Positions 10,501-18,668 of a stretch of 64,000 nt of DNA are shown here, one piece after another. The DNA lies in assembly GCA_016934395.1 (NCBI GenBank), contig JAFGSZ010000087.1:6700-70699 (forward strand), given 5' to 3'. Under the pieces are notes generated by a model that was not told where the DNA came from, searched no databases, and was given only the letters and a program-made list of their open reading frames with translations. The position numbers were made by a program, and so were the translations under genes. The DNA is from Bacteroidales bacterium. Lineage in GTDB: Bacteria > Bacteroidota > Bacteroidia > Bacteroidales > UBA10428. How positions within the stretch are numbered: position 1 is the first letter of the stretch; every line of letters begins with the position of its first letter.

Positions 10501-10840
10501 TTTCTGTTTTAGGGTCGAATTTATTTAATCCGTTCCAACGGGTACCGAGCCAAAGATTTCCATCAGTGTCTTCGCATATTGCCATAATTGTATTACCGCC
10601 AAGCGATAATGAGTCTTTCGGATCATGTTTATAAACCGTTATCGAATACCCGTCATATTTATTTAAACCATCGTTAGTCCCAAGCCAGATAAATCCCTTA
10701 CTATCCTGAAATATGCAATTTACCGTGCTTTGAGACAATCCCTCGTTAGTAGTAATATGTTCAAAATTAAGGTCGAAAGCAAAACATACCTTATAAAACA
10801 GAAATAAAAGGATGACAGAGCTTAAAATATTTTTTTTCAT
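7505..10840 (-). CDS. periplasmic double beta-propeller / Y_Y_Y sensor fused to TM, GAF and coiled coils, with no kinase, receiver or DNA-binding domain
   Basis: Likely start is ATG 10840 (MKKNILSSVILLF signal); the track ORF begins at an upstream TTG (10906). It has 14 blade motifs of the G-x-[IL]-W-[ILV]-G-T-x-x-G-[LI] type, then YAYKLEGFDKDWNY...GDYIFRV (Y_Y_Y). A TM segment follows (WFVAFVILAISFSIYYFIKI), then a GAF-like region (ALYLFQDD...GEGEVGTCF...IGVIELSSF). The protein ends in EEMAAQEEELRQNMEEMQATQEE coiled coil. Confidence 0.8.
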   Translation of the reverse strand: MKKNILSSVILLFLFYKVCFAFDLNFEHITTNEGLSQSTVNCIFQDSKGFIWLGTNDGLNKYDGYSITVYKHDPKDSLSLGGNTIMAICEDTDGNLWLGTRWNGLNKFDPKTETFVRYITSPDNDNGISNNTIRNLLFSNNSLWIATSFGLNRYLKETDTFKRYLHVEGKETSIHDNLVYSLLEDEQGFLWVNTNGSGISRFDISNESFEYIPNPLENINVSNGHFGKKLYRDSKGNIWMGCEGDGFFRFNIKTRNFYQFSYYSDTEGLNNNTITSFLEDESGKIWVGTDGGGINVFDPSAETFEYIKYDPKNSMGISTNAIYSLYKDRSEIVWVGTYSGGVDFYKKYKYKFEHYTNDPNNPNSLSYKIVMSICEDSNNRIWLGIDGGGADIFDPFSKSFTHFRHDPENPSSISSDAVICVYEDSDGDIWLGTYKEGVNLYIKETNSFRHFKNNPDDPLSLGFNNVWAVYEDSQENLWFGLMGRGLDLYDKESGTFKHFRSNQADSSTLSSNNLKVIFEDSKDNLWIGTDGGGLNLMDRDQGTFRRFQNNPDDNTTISHFDIKAIYEDHNGNLWIGTGDGLNLLDYNSFTFTVFRKEDGLPDNSINGILEDNSGNLWITTNKGLSRFNPTTLKFRNYDISDGLQGNEFNYTSQCKTSTGELYFGGNNGFNIINPDKIEDNPYIPPVVITAFQIYNKPIKFIPTKEGRKTVYRTIGETKKLKLTHKQNVIGFEFAALDFTNPQKNQYAYKLEGFDKDWNYTSAGKRYASYTNLKGGDYIFRVIGSNSDNIWNNEGVSLIISVKPPFWKTVWFVAFVILAISFSIYYFIKIRVKNIRHDKEILEHKMQEGLKLVEQQKLEVANIEKELKEREIAEKDQKWFNNGMVKFSDILSKNKENTEKLCNAIITNLVNYTDAIQGALYLFQDDDPQDLHLKLVAGYALDEQRLNNQHILIGEGEVGTCFKECRIIQLENLPSTYARLTSGLGEASPTNSLLIPLKLDETIIGVIELSSFKKLEAFKVHFIEKLSESITSHLVTLQASVKTNRLLEQTNMHAEEMAAQEEELRQNMEEMQATQEEAARREEELNRKSEEFQKKEHDYKKEIERLKKMIKK

Positions 10841-11060
10841 AGCTGTAAAAATAATATCTGTTGTACGAAAAAAATATGATATTAGTTTTTTATAAGAAAC
10901 TGGCAAGGTAGATGAAAAAATTATAAAATCCTGACTCTTTACTTTATAATTGCCCTTTACTTAATTTGTTGTAAAAAGGAGAAATATAGTACTTTTCTGA
11001 TTTTGAATTTCTGAATGAATTTTAACATAATTCTTATCTTAACCGGGAAAAGCGCTGCCT

Positions 11061-11333
11061 TTAACTCATTGGGGTTATGTTGGTCAAAGATTTGAATTGC
11101 CTTTTGAATATAACAATGTTTTCATATCCGCAACTAAAACAGATTTCGGAAACCGGATTTAAATTTTCGGTAAGCATTTTGCTGGTATGGGCAATATCTT
11201 CAAGGATTACTTTATTTCTGAAATTGTTTTTTATATAGGTATATGCAAAATTTATTCTGGAACAATCACAAATCAAATCATCTATCAGAAAAATCTGCAA
11301 GATGGTCTCCGACAAACCGTTATCCGCTTTCAC
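11061..11333 (-). pseudogene. remnant of an AraC-family HTH domain
   Basis: 90-aa ORF that starts at GTG. Its C-terminus (ICFSCGYENIVIFKRQFKSLTNITPMS) resembles the second AraC helix-turn-helix. The first HTH is largely missing (ILEDIAHTSKM joins directly to LTENLNPVSE). There is no sensor or dimerisation domain upstream. Confidence 0.45.
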
Positions 11334-11598
11334 TATTGATATAGGTTAATTCGTATTCGTGATGGAGATGTCATGTATCCTGGTTTTCGCAACAATAAAA
11401 TTTCTTTATTCTGAATGCACTGTCAAATGGATTTGAAAATTTTTCAAACAATTGTTGCATAAAATTGTAAATTTGATTGTAAAAATTTCTATAATATAAA
11501 TGCAAAACAATATAGTATTTATTTATCCTCTATTATCTTAATACATTTATCCCGGGTTATTACAAAAATTATATATTAATCTTTTTAAAATATTAATT

Positions 11599-12489
11599 AT
11601 GAGTAAAATGCGCATTACCGAAGCAGTAAAAAACAATAAAATACTTGTTTCCGACGGTGCATGGGGCACATTTCTTCACAAAAAAGGGTTGCATGCCGGG
11701 GAATGTCCGGAAAACTGGTGTATTAACCGGCCCGATGATGTACTTGAAATTGCTGAAAGTTATATCAATGCAGGTTCTGATATGATTGAAACAAATAGCT
11801 TTGGTGGCACAGCCTTTAAATTGGAGCATTATGGTCTGGCCGATAAAGTAAGTGAAATCAATAAAGCCGCTGCCAGCATATCATCCCGGGCAGCCGGCAA
11901 AGAAAAATGGGTGATTGCTTCTATTGGTCCTACCGGAAAAATGCTGGTGATGGGAGATGTAACTGAAAAGGAATTATATAATAATTTCAAAGACCAGGCT
12001 ATTGCTTTAGAGGAAGGAGGTGCAGATGCTGTTTGTATTGAGACTATGAGCGCTATTGATGAAGCTGTACTAGCTATTAAAGCTGCAAAGGAAAATACAA
12101 AACTTGAAGTTATTTCAACCTTTACCTACGAGAAAATTTCAGAAGGTGAGTACAGAACCATGATGGGGGTATCACCTGCTGAAGCTGCAAAAGCTTGTAT
12201 TGAAGCAGGCGCTGATATAATCGGAACAAATTGTGGAAACGGCATGGAAAGGATGATTGATATTGTAAAAGAACTTCGTTCTGTTGCTCCGGATATTCCA
12301 ATATTGGTTCATGCCAATGCAGGATTGCCCAAAATAGTAGATGGAAAAGATGTTTTTCCGGATACGCCGGAACAGATGGCCTCATTTGTACCCGGCATTA
12401 TTGCGGCCGGTGCAAATATTATTGGAGGATGTTGCGGAACAACCCCGGAACATATCAGGGCCATAAAAGAAAAAATCGGCACCCTTTAA
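11599..12489 (+). CDS. homocysteine S-methyltransferase-domain protein (stand-alone MetH N-terminal-like module)
   Basis: 296 aa. Motifs: LVSDGAWGTFL, AGSDMIETNSFGG, IGTNCGNG, and the C-terminal GGCCGTTPEHI zinc-ligand Cys motif of the S-methyl_trans fold. Confidence 0.85.
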   Translation: MSKMRITEAVKNNKILVSDGAWGTFLHKKGLHAGECPENWCINRPDDVLEIAESYINAGSDMIETNSFGGTAFKLEHYGLADKVSEINKAAASISSRAAGKEKWVIASIGPTGKMLVMGDVTEKELYNNFKDQAIALEEGGADAVCIETMSAIDEAVLAIKAAKENTKLEVISTFTYEKISEGEYRTMMGVSPAEAAKACIEAGADIIGTNCGNGMERMIDIVKELRSVAPDIPILVHANAGLPKIVDGKDVFPDTPEQMASFVPGIIAAGANIIGGCCGTTPEHIRAIKEKIGTL

Positions 12490-12522
12490 AATAGAATAAA
12501 AAACTAAAAAACGATCACAATA

Positions 12523-12828
12523 ATGTTCAAACCTAAATTCTTATCCACTGCCAGTTGGAGTATGCCCCATACAGATATCCCCAAATCAATAGATTTATCT
12601 TTATCAAAACTGGATATTCCTACCTGGCTTCAGTTGCTAAAATTCGGACGAAACGAACAGATGAAAATTGAATATTCTTAAAATAAACCATGCATAGTAA
12701 TTGATCGTGAAAAGGGAAGGACGTATTTTGATATCAGCGAGGATTATTCCGAGAAATATTCGAATTCTGGAAAAATGATCCCTTTCACACCTGCCCAGGC
12801 TGCTCCAAAATAATCCGCAATCCCCGTT
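12523..12828 (+). pseudogene. decayed cobalamin-independent (MetE-core / URO-D-like) methyltransferase gene
   Basis: My translation from ATG 12523 gives MFKPKFLSTASWSMPHTDIPKSIDLSLSKLDIPTWLQLLKFGRNEQMKIEYS, then an in-frame TAA at 12679. The same frame continues NKPCIVIDREKGRTYFDIS... to a second in-frame TAA at 12811. This resembles the N-terminus of short MetE-like proteins (GSxPH ... IPfWPQLP ... GvviD.e.k.iyFD). Only about 0.44 kb remains before the next gene, against the ~1 kb expected. Confidence 0.4.
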
Positions 12829-12964
12829 TGAACAATGGATGTGCCGCATGGTGCAAGCACGCTGATGAATGTATTTTAGGAGAATTGGCTAAATGAAAAC
12901 TTCTGGTAACGGAAAAACCGTTGAAAGTTTATATGCACAAATAATCAATATAGAATAAGGAATA

Positions 12965-13858
12965 TTATGATCCGGTAAGAATCAGGATTATTCCGATTAA
13001 AATTCCCGCAAGGGCAAAACCTTTTTGTTTTAGGTTTCCTTCACGAAATAGTAAAACGCCGGCAAAAAAAGAAATTATTACACTACTTCTTCGCAGAACC
13101 GAAAGTACAGCAATTAAAGATCCCTGTTCGGAAAGGGCTTTAAAATATAAAAAATCGGCCAGCACTAGTACGATACCAATCAGAGGAATTAAAGGATTCC
13201 AATGAAATTGAAACGTTCTTTTTCGTTTCGGGTACCATAAAATCATCAGAAAGGGGAACAATACCGGTATCATATAAATTGAAAACCAGGCCTGAACGGC
13301 CATACGGGGATAATTCCCAATAAGGTATTTATCAAATAAACTGCTGGCAGCGCCGAGCCAGGTAGCTATAAAAACATACAATATCCATTTATTACGCCTG
13401 AAATTTATTCCTTCTTTTTTCCCGGCCAGTGAAAAAATATAAAAAAATCCCAGTACAAGGATAATCCCTGCCCATTGAGCAAAACTCAGCTTTTCAGCAT
13501 AAATTAATAATGCACCGATCAGGGTCCACATGGGGCCGGTTGAACGAATGGGTATCACGATAGTCAAAGGAAGTTCACTAATGGCATAATATGCAAAAAA
13601 CCAGGAAGAACCTACCAGCACCGATTTGCAAAAAAACAAAATGTGTTCATGCATATTTGCGGACGGAATGTATAACACATTTTCGCTTTGAATAACACCG
13701 GAACCGGAGAGGATCACCAGGGGTAAAAAAAGCATGCTGCCTGTGGCGCTGGCAAGAAACAAGACCGGAATTACAGGATTGTCTTTTAACGCTATTTTTC
13801 GCAACACATCATATAATCCAAGAAATACAGCAGAAGATAATCCCAGTAAAACCCACAT
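12965..13858 (-). CDS. EamA/DMT-family permease
   Basis: 297 aa with about 10 TM segments arranged as two EamA-like halves. Confidence 0.8.
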   Translation of the reverse strand: MWVLLGLSSAVFLGLYDVLRKIALKDNPVIPVLFLASATGSMLFLPLVILSGSGVIQSENVLYIPSANMHEHILFFCKSVLVGSSWFFAYYAISELPLTIVIPIRSTGPMWTLIGALLIYAEKLSFAQWAGIILVLGFFYIFSLAGKKEGINFRRNKWILYVFIATWLGAASSLFDKYLIGNYPRMAVQAWFSIYMIPVLFPFLMILWYPKRKRTFQFHWNPLIPLIGIVLVLADFLYFKALSEQGSLIAVLSVLRRSSVIISFFAGVLLFREGNLKQKGFALAGILIGIILILTGS

Positions 13859-14004
13859 AAAAATTGAAAATTAGCGGCGAAGATAACCGTTTTTTGCTGA
13901 ATTCCAGACAATAATTATCAGGGATTATGGAATATGGGATTGCCAAAACTAAGAAACCATCTACATGCAGATATATACATGTCTTTAGAAAAATATGAAA
14001 ATTC

Positions 14005-15300
14005 CTAGTTGCTATTCGTCCAGTTATAACTGTGCGGCCATCTGCTGCGGTCGGCGGGTACCGAAGTATGACACACATTGCAGGCAGTAACTTTTTCGGG
14101 ATTGCTCCCACCATGTTTTTCAGTAAATTCAGAAATTTCATCCTCCTCACCACGGGAACTGGAATGGCAAACACCGCAGCTGCCTATGGATTTAACCTTA
14201 CTGGAAAAGTCCTGATATTGTTTTGCCTGGTAATTATCAGCAGTCTCCGTTGATGGAATCATGGCATGGGGGCTGCCATGACACACTGCACAGTACAAAC
14301 TTCCATGTCCTTTATCATTGCGGTACAATATTCCTGCATGCGCATCGGTTATGTTGGTATGGCATGATGTACAACTGGGTTCACTTACCCAGGGTACCCT
14401 GCCATCCTCAATAGTCTGGGCAACATTAGCCATGGTACCATGGCAGGTAGTGCAATTTCCGTCAGCGCTGGTATGCGCAATACTCCGGCTGCATTTGGTA
14501 ATATTTCCGGGATGACAATCATAACATGAAGCATCACGGTCCGCATGGCTTCCATGTATGGCTTGCGATAAATATTTTCCTGATGATCCGGCACCATATA
14601 TAACAAGTGCAGGGCTTCCGTGACATGATGCGCATAGTACCGGCTGACTTGATATCAGTTGTGTCCCATTTTCAGCATCGTGCTTTTCAAGAATATCCGG
14701 GAATGGATCAGAGTCGTGGCATTTCGCACAGTTGATTTCGTCTGAAGTAGGAACGGTGGCCCGTGTAGTGATAAGCTCTTTACCAACATTGTCTTTTACA
14801 ATAATCTCAGCAACCTGGTAAGGATTCCATGTACCATCATCATCAACCGGCGTAACCGGAAGCCCTTCAACAATAAAATGATCCCCGGAGGCAATCATAA
14901 TCCCGCTAAGTGTGTTGCCCGTAAGCCCTTCATTTTGTGGCAAAGAAGAAAAATTGAACAGGGTTCCGAATAATTGAACGGCTGAAGTCCAGAATTGTCC
15001 GTAATCCCGTTTATCAGCAGAAGAAGTGTTATTCAAAATAGAATATTCCACAACAATATCATTGGTCACTATCTGAGGCGGATTGCCTCTTTTTATTACC
15101 TGGGCCCATACCGTATTGTAGGGTGGAAGAATTACCAGCTCATCATACGTAGGGTTCAGGCAATGCATGCCGAGATCATTCCAAGCAAATACCACATAAT
15201 CTCCGGAGGGGATTATGTCCGCATTATTATCTTTCTTACATGAAGTAAAAAACAGGAACGTAAACAAAACGAATACAGCAATTTGAATAGTGCGTTTCAT
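14005..15300 (-). CDS. octaheme c-type cytochrome lipoprotein
   Basis: 431 aa. Signal peptide plus lipobox (FLFFTSC). Eight CXXCH motifs lie in the C-terminal ~240 aa: CAKCH, CASCH, CYDCH, CTTCH, CTSCH, CAVCH, CGVCH, CNVCH. The N-terminal ~190 aa have no heme motifs. Confidence 0.85.
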   Translation of the reverse strand: MKRTIQIAVFVLFTFLFFTSCKKDNNADIIPSGDYVVFAWNDLGMHCLNPTYDELVILPPYNTVWAQVIKRGNPPQIVTNDIVVEYSILNNTSSADKRDYGQFWTSAVQLFGTLFNFSSLPQNEGLTGNTLSGIMIASGDHFIVEGLPVTPVDDDGTWNPYQVAEIIVKDNVGKELITTRATVPTSDEINCAKCHDSDPFPDILEKHDAENGTQLISSQPVLCASCHGSPALVIYGAGSSGKYLSQAIHGSHADRDASCYDCHPGNITKCSRSIAHTSADGNCTTCHGTMANVAQTIEDGRVPWVSEPSCTSCHTNITDAHAGILYRNDKGHGSLYCAVCHGSPHAMIPSTETADNYQAKQYQDFSSKVKSIGSCGVCHSSSRGEEDEISEFTEKHGGSNPEKVTACNVCHTSVPADRSRWPHSYNWTNSN

Positions 15301-15477
15301 GTTTTCAGGATTTACTGTTGAGCTAAGTTAATATGAAAACAAGTGTAAATCTGAATTTAGTATTAGCTGTATCTAATTTATAATTAAACTGATTAAGCCA
15401 AACATCCATCTTCATAATCATAATTAGGCATTACCACTGGCCATTAAAAACCAGTAGTCCGATTAGGGCTATAGTAT

Positions 15478-15906
15478 TCATTCCCAATCCGGCTTTTTGC
15501 GTGATTCTTTTTTTCCTGATATTTTTTTCTTACCCTCAATTCTTTTTTCCACTGCTCCCCTGCCCGGTTTTGTAGGAATACGTTTTTTTCGCTTTTGCAG
15601 GGCATAAGAAAGCAAACTGTATAATCGCTGAACAGCCTCCTTTTTATTTTTTATCTGGCTGCGGTGTTCCTGGGCAACAACCTGTAAATAGCCTTCCTTA
15701 TTAATATTATTCTTCAATTTTCTATTTATGACTATTTTTTCGCTGTCTGATAACCATGCAGAAGAGTTGACATGAAACCGCAGCTCAACTTTTGTTTCGG
15801 TTTTATTCACATGCTGTCCGCCCGGTCCGCCGCTGCGGGCAGTAAGAAAAAAATACTCGCTATCCAGCGGGCGTTCAGTTATGGGAAGAGGCAAACTCAC
15901 GTTCAT
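15478..15906 (-). CDS. arfB: alternative ribosome-rescue factor / peptidyl-tRNA hydrolase ArfB
   Basis: 142 aa. GGQ motif (SGGPGGQHVNKTETKVELRF) and a basic C-terminal tail, collinear with E. coli YaeJ/ArfB. Confidence 0.9.
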   Translation of the reverse strand: MNVSLPLPITERPLDSEYFFLTARSGGPGGQHVNKTETKVELRFHVNSSAWLSDSEKIVINRKLKNNINKEGYLQVVAQEHRSQIKNKKEAVQRLYSLLSYALQKRKKRIPTKPGRGAVEKRIEGKKKISGKKESRKKPDWE

Positions 15907-16105
15907 ATTCCTTTAAATAATCCTGTAAAGATAAAATACCCTTTTAAAAATCTGAAATTGTTCAAACAAATACCCACGGATAGCCATCTATTATACTTAA
16001 TTTTACAAAGTATCATTTCATTCGTATTTTCTCTGCCGGATAAAAAACAAATAATAAAACCGGTAAATTTTTAGTTTAATAAAAATACAAATTGATCGTT
16101 TCCCC

Positions 16106-18460
16106 ATGATCAAAAGAATTTCAGTATTACTGTTTATTATAATCTTCAGCAGCCATTTACCAACTGCCATCTGGGGTCAACGGTCTGATGATATTCGTTT
16201 CAGGTCTTCATCAGCAACTATTGAACTTGGGGATACCCTTTTGCTGTCCTGGGAAATAAAAAAGGCAAAACATGTGGAATTAACCGGAATAGCCGACAGT
16301 CTTCCTCTATTTGGAAGTATCCCTGTGATACCCGATACAAATACACGCTATGAATTAAAAGTGACCATAAACAACAGAAAGGAAGTTACCAAAAGAAGAA
16401 GAATAAAAGTTGTTATTCCTGAGATCGAGTATTTTAATGTGCCCGACAGCGCCACAGACGAGGAAGATATAACGGTTGCCTGGAGAACAGAAAATACACA
16501 ATTCGTAAAAATTTCAGGCGTGCAGGATTCATTTCCATCTTTCGGGAAAACCCAAATTCGCATGGACACTTCAGGAACAGTTACATTATATGCTCACGGA
16601 AAATTTAATGTCGACTCCATTTCCGATACCCTTTTTATTCGGATAATTGAAGATTTTAATGTTTCCAAAAAACTCCTGTACCGAGGAGATACTTTGAATA
16701 TAAAATGGAAGACCAAGCTGTCGAATGGTGTGAGGATAGAAGGTATGGATTCACTATTCAGCCCGATAGGGGAACTTATATTACAGCCCAAAGAAAACAC
16801 TAACTACAGGGTATTTGTGGAAAGAAGGTATGGAGCAACAGAATTATTTGCCGGTTTTGATGTAAAGGTGCAGGAGCCCTTTATCAGCTATTTCTGGGGT
16901 GATAATTCCATGCTAAAAGGTGACGAAGCTATGCTGAGCTGGAGTGTAAACGGGGGTGAAAAAATTTCAATCGATGGAATTCCCGCCCATTTACCACGAA
17001 AAGGTTCAAAAACAGTCCGGCCAGATGAGTCCGCCACATACACCTTGCGGGTAAAAGACGGAGCCAGGGAACTCACACAGGATTGGACTGTAAAAGTATA
17101 CCCGTTTCGAAAATATATTTCCTCGACCCGTCATATAAGTCAGATCAATCCAAACGAAAGGCTGGATATGGATATTCTTTCCATTGACCGGGAAAAGTAT
17201 CCCGACGAAATTGTGTTGCGGGCCATTGTGGTGGATACGGCCGGCTATTATATTTCCGGACTGGCAGGTCCCGATTCCTCAGGATATTCATTCGGCAATT
17301 TTTTCTCTAAGGTTAGCGAAACCGTAAACAACAAAAATTCTGCCCGACAGTTTAAGGTGAAAGAAATTCAGGAAACAGCATCAAAACCATATGATATAGC
17401 TTTAGTGCTCGATTACAGCGGATCGATGCAGGGTACGATCAGCTACCTGGAAAAAGCAGTGGAGACTTTTGTTAAACAAAAATACCTGAACGACAGGATT
17501 TCCATAACCAAATTCGATCAAAAAATTGCTACTGAAGTTGCCCTTTCGGGAGATATCCAGGCCATCCTTAAACAGATGGAATTCAGCCAGCTTCGTGGGT
17601 ATGGCGGCCAGACGGCGCTGTATGCCGGGGCAGATGAAGGATTGCGGAATATAGATTCCACACAGCAGCATAAAGTTCTGATATTATTTACAGACGGCAA
17701 TGAAAATTCATCCTTTCAATATTTTGGCCAACTGGCAGTCACGGCCAATCAGCTTGCCCACAGGCTCAGGGAAACCAATACAAAATTGTTTATTGTTTCT
17801 TATGGCACCGGTACCAATACGGACCTTCTGCTCGAACTGGCTTCATTATGCGATGGGAAAACATATTTTATTCATTCGCCGGAAAACATCACCAGGGTGT
17901 TTAATGAAATGCCCAGGGTACTGCACCAGTATTATGAATTCCGGTTTAAACCCATTGAATCCCCGGGAAAACACAGGGTATTTGTCAATTTTAATACAAC
18001 ACCACAAAAACCGGGAAGTGTTTTTACCGATTATTTTATTGGTGATAATTTTACAATTGCCGAGCAGGAATTTGCGGAAGATAATTACTGGTACAGGGAG
18101 ATTGATGGGAAAAAGCCCGTTTCTTCACCCCAGGTTGCCGTAAATTTTGTTTTTAACGAAAATCATATCCGTGAGGAATATCTGAAAAACCTTGAGAAAT
18201 TTTTACATTACCTCGAATCCTTTCCTGATACGGAACTGGATATCCTGGCCCATGCCGATCATGTGGGAACGGCAGAGCAGTGTTTAATTATCGCAGAGCA
18301 AAGGGCATCTGCGGTAAAACAATATTTTATCGAGAGGGGAATTCAGGGAAACAGAATCCATACCCGGGCATTCGGAAAACAATATCCTTTGTGGCCCGAA
18401 GAAAACCAGGACTGGCAATCGTCTGAAAACCGGCGAGTGGAATTGATTTTGCTGGAGTAA
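16106..18460 (+). CDS. secreted protein: four Ig-like repeats + vWA domain + C-terminal OmpA-like peptidoglycan-binding domain
   Basis: 784 aa with a signal peptide. Four repeats of ~85-95 aa follow the pattern L.W....A..V.I.G....F...G...V.P...T.Y.L.V. The vWA MIDAS motif is LVLDYSGSM. The OmpA_C end is RASAVKQYFIERGIQGNRIHTRAFG...NRRVELILLE. Confidence 0.8.
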   Translation: MIKRISVLLFIIIFSSHLPTAIWGQRSDDIRFRSSSATIELGDTLLLSWEIKKAKHVELTGIADSLPLFGSIPVIPDTNTRYELKVTINNRKEVTKRRRIKVVIPEIEYFNVPDSATDEEDITVAWRTENTQFVKISGVQDSFPSFGKTQIRMDTSGTVTLYAHGKFNVDSISDTLFIRIIEDFNVSKKLLYRGDTLNIKWKTKLSNGVRIEGMDSLFSPIGELILQPKENTNYRVFVERRYGATELFAGFDVKVQEPFISYFWGDNSMLKGDEAMLSWSVNGGEKISIDGIPAHLPRKGSKTVRPDESATYTLRVKDGARELTQDWTVKVYPFRKYISSTRHISQINPNERLDMDILSIDREKYPDEIVLRAIVVDTAGYYISGLAGPDSSGYSFGNFFSKVSETVNNKNSARQFKVKEIQETASKPYDIALVLDYSGSMQGTISYLEKAVETFVKQKYLNDRISITKFDQKIATEVALSGDIQAILKQMEFSQLRGYGGQTALYAGADEGLRNIDSTQQHKVLILFTDGNENSSFQYFGQLAVTANQLAHRLRETNTKLFIVSYGTGTNTDLLLELASLCDGKTYFIHSPENITRVFNEMPRVLHQYYEFRFKPIESPGKHRVFVNFNTTPQKPGSVFTDYFIGDNFTIAEQEFAEDNYWYREIDGKKPVSSPQVAVNFVFNENHIREEYLKNLEKFLHYLESFPDTELDILAHADHVGTAEQCLIIAEQRASAVKQYFIERGIQGNRIHTRAFGKQYPLWPEENQDWQSSENRRVELILLE

Positions 18461-18668
18461 TACGTGACGTCATCACGAGGAATTACAAAAGAGAAAGTGT
18501 GCGAGAAAGTAATTCCGTGGTGATCTCAAAACAAAGGAATATAATCCAACTGAAGCCTTAACTTTCTAAAAGATTGCTTCATCCCGATATAATCATCGGG
18601 ATTCGCAATTGTAGATGTTAAGTAATTCGAGGAATTACTTGAGTAGGTTTAGGAATACCCGCTCCTAT

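Noticed and set aside
11334-11598. A riboswitch (SAM or cobalamin) in the 265-nt leader of the homocysteine methyltransferase gene.
   Set aside because: I could not find the conserved cores by eye: there is no B12 box such as GCCACTG and no SAM-I-like helices. The region is simply AT-rich. A covariance-model scan would be needed to be sure.
13809-14174. A 121-aa minus-strand ORF overlapping the 3' end of the octaheme cytochrome gene, and similar small ORFs at 14032..14606.
   Set aside because: These are off-frame overlaps with a gene whose eight CXXCH motifs validate its frame. There is no independent support.
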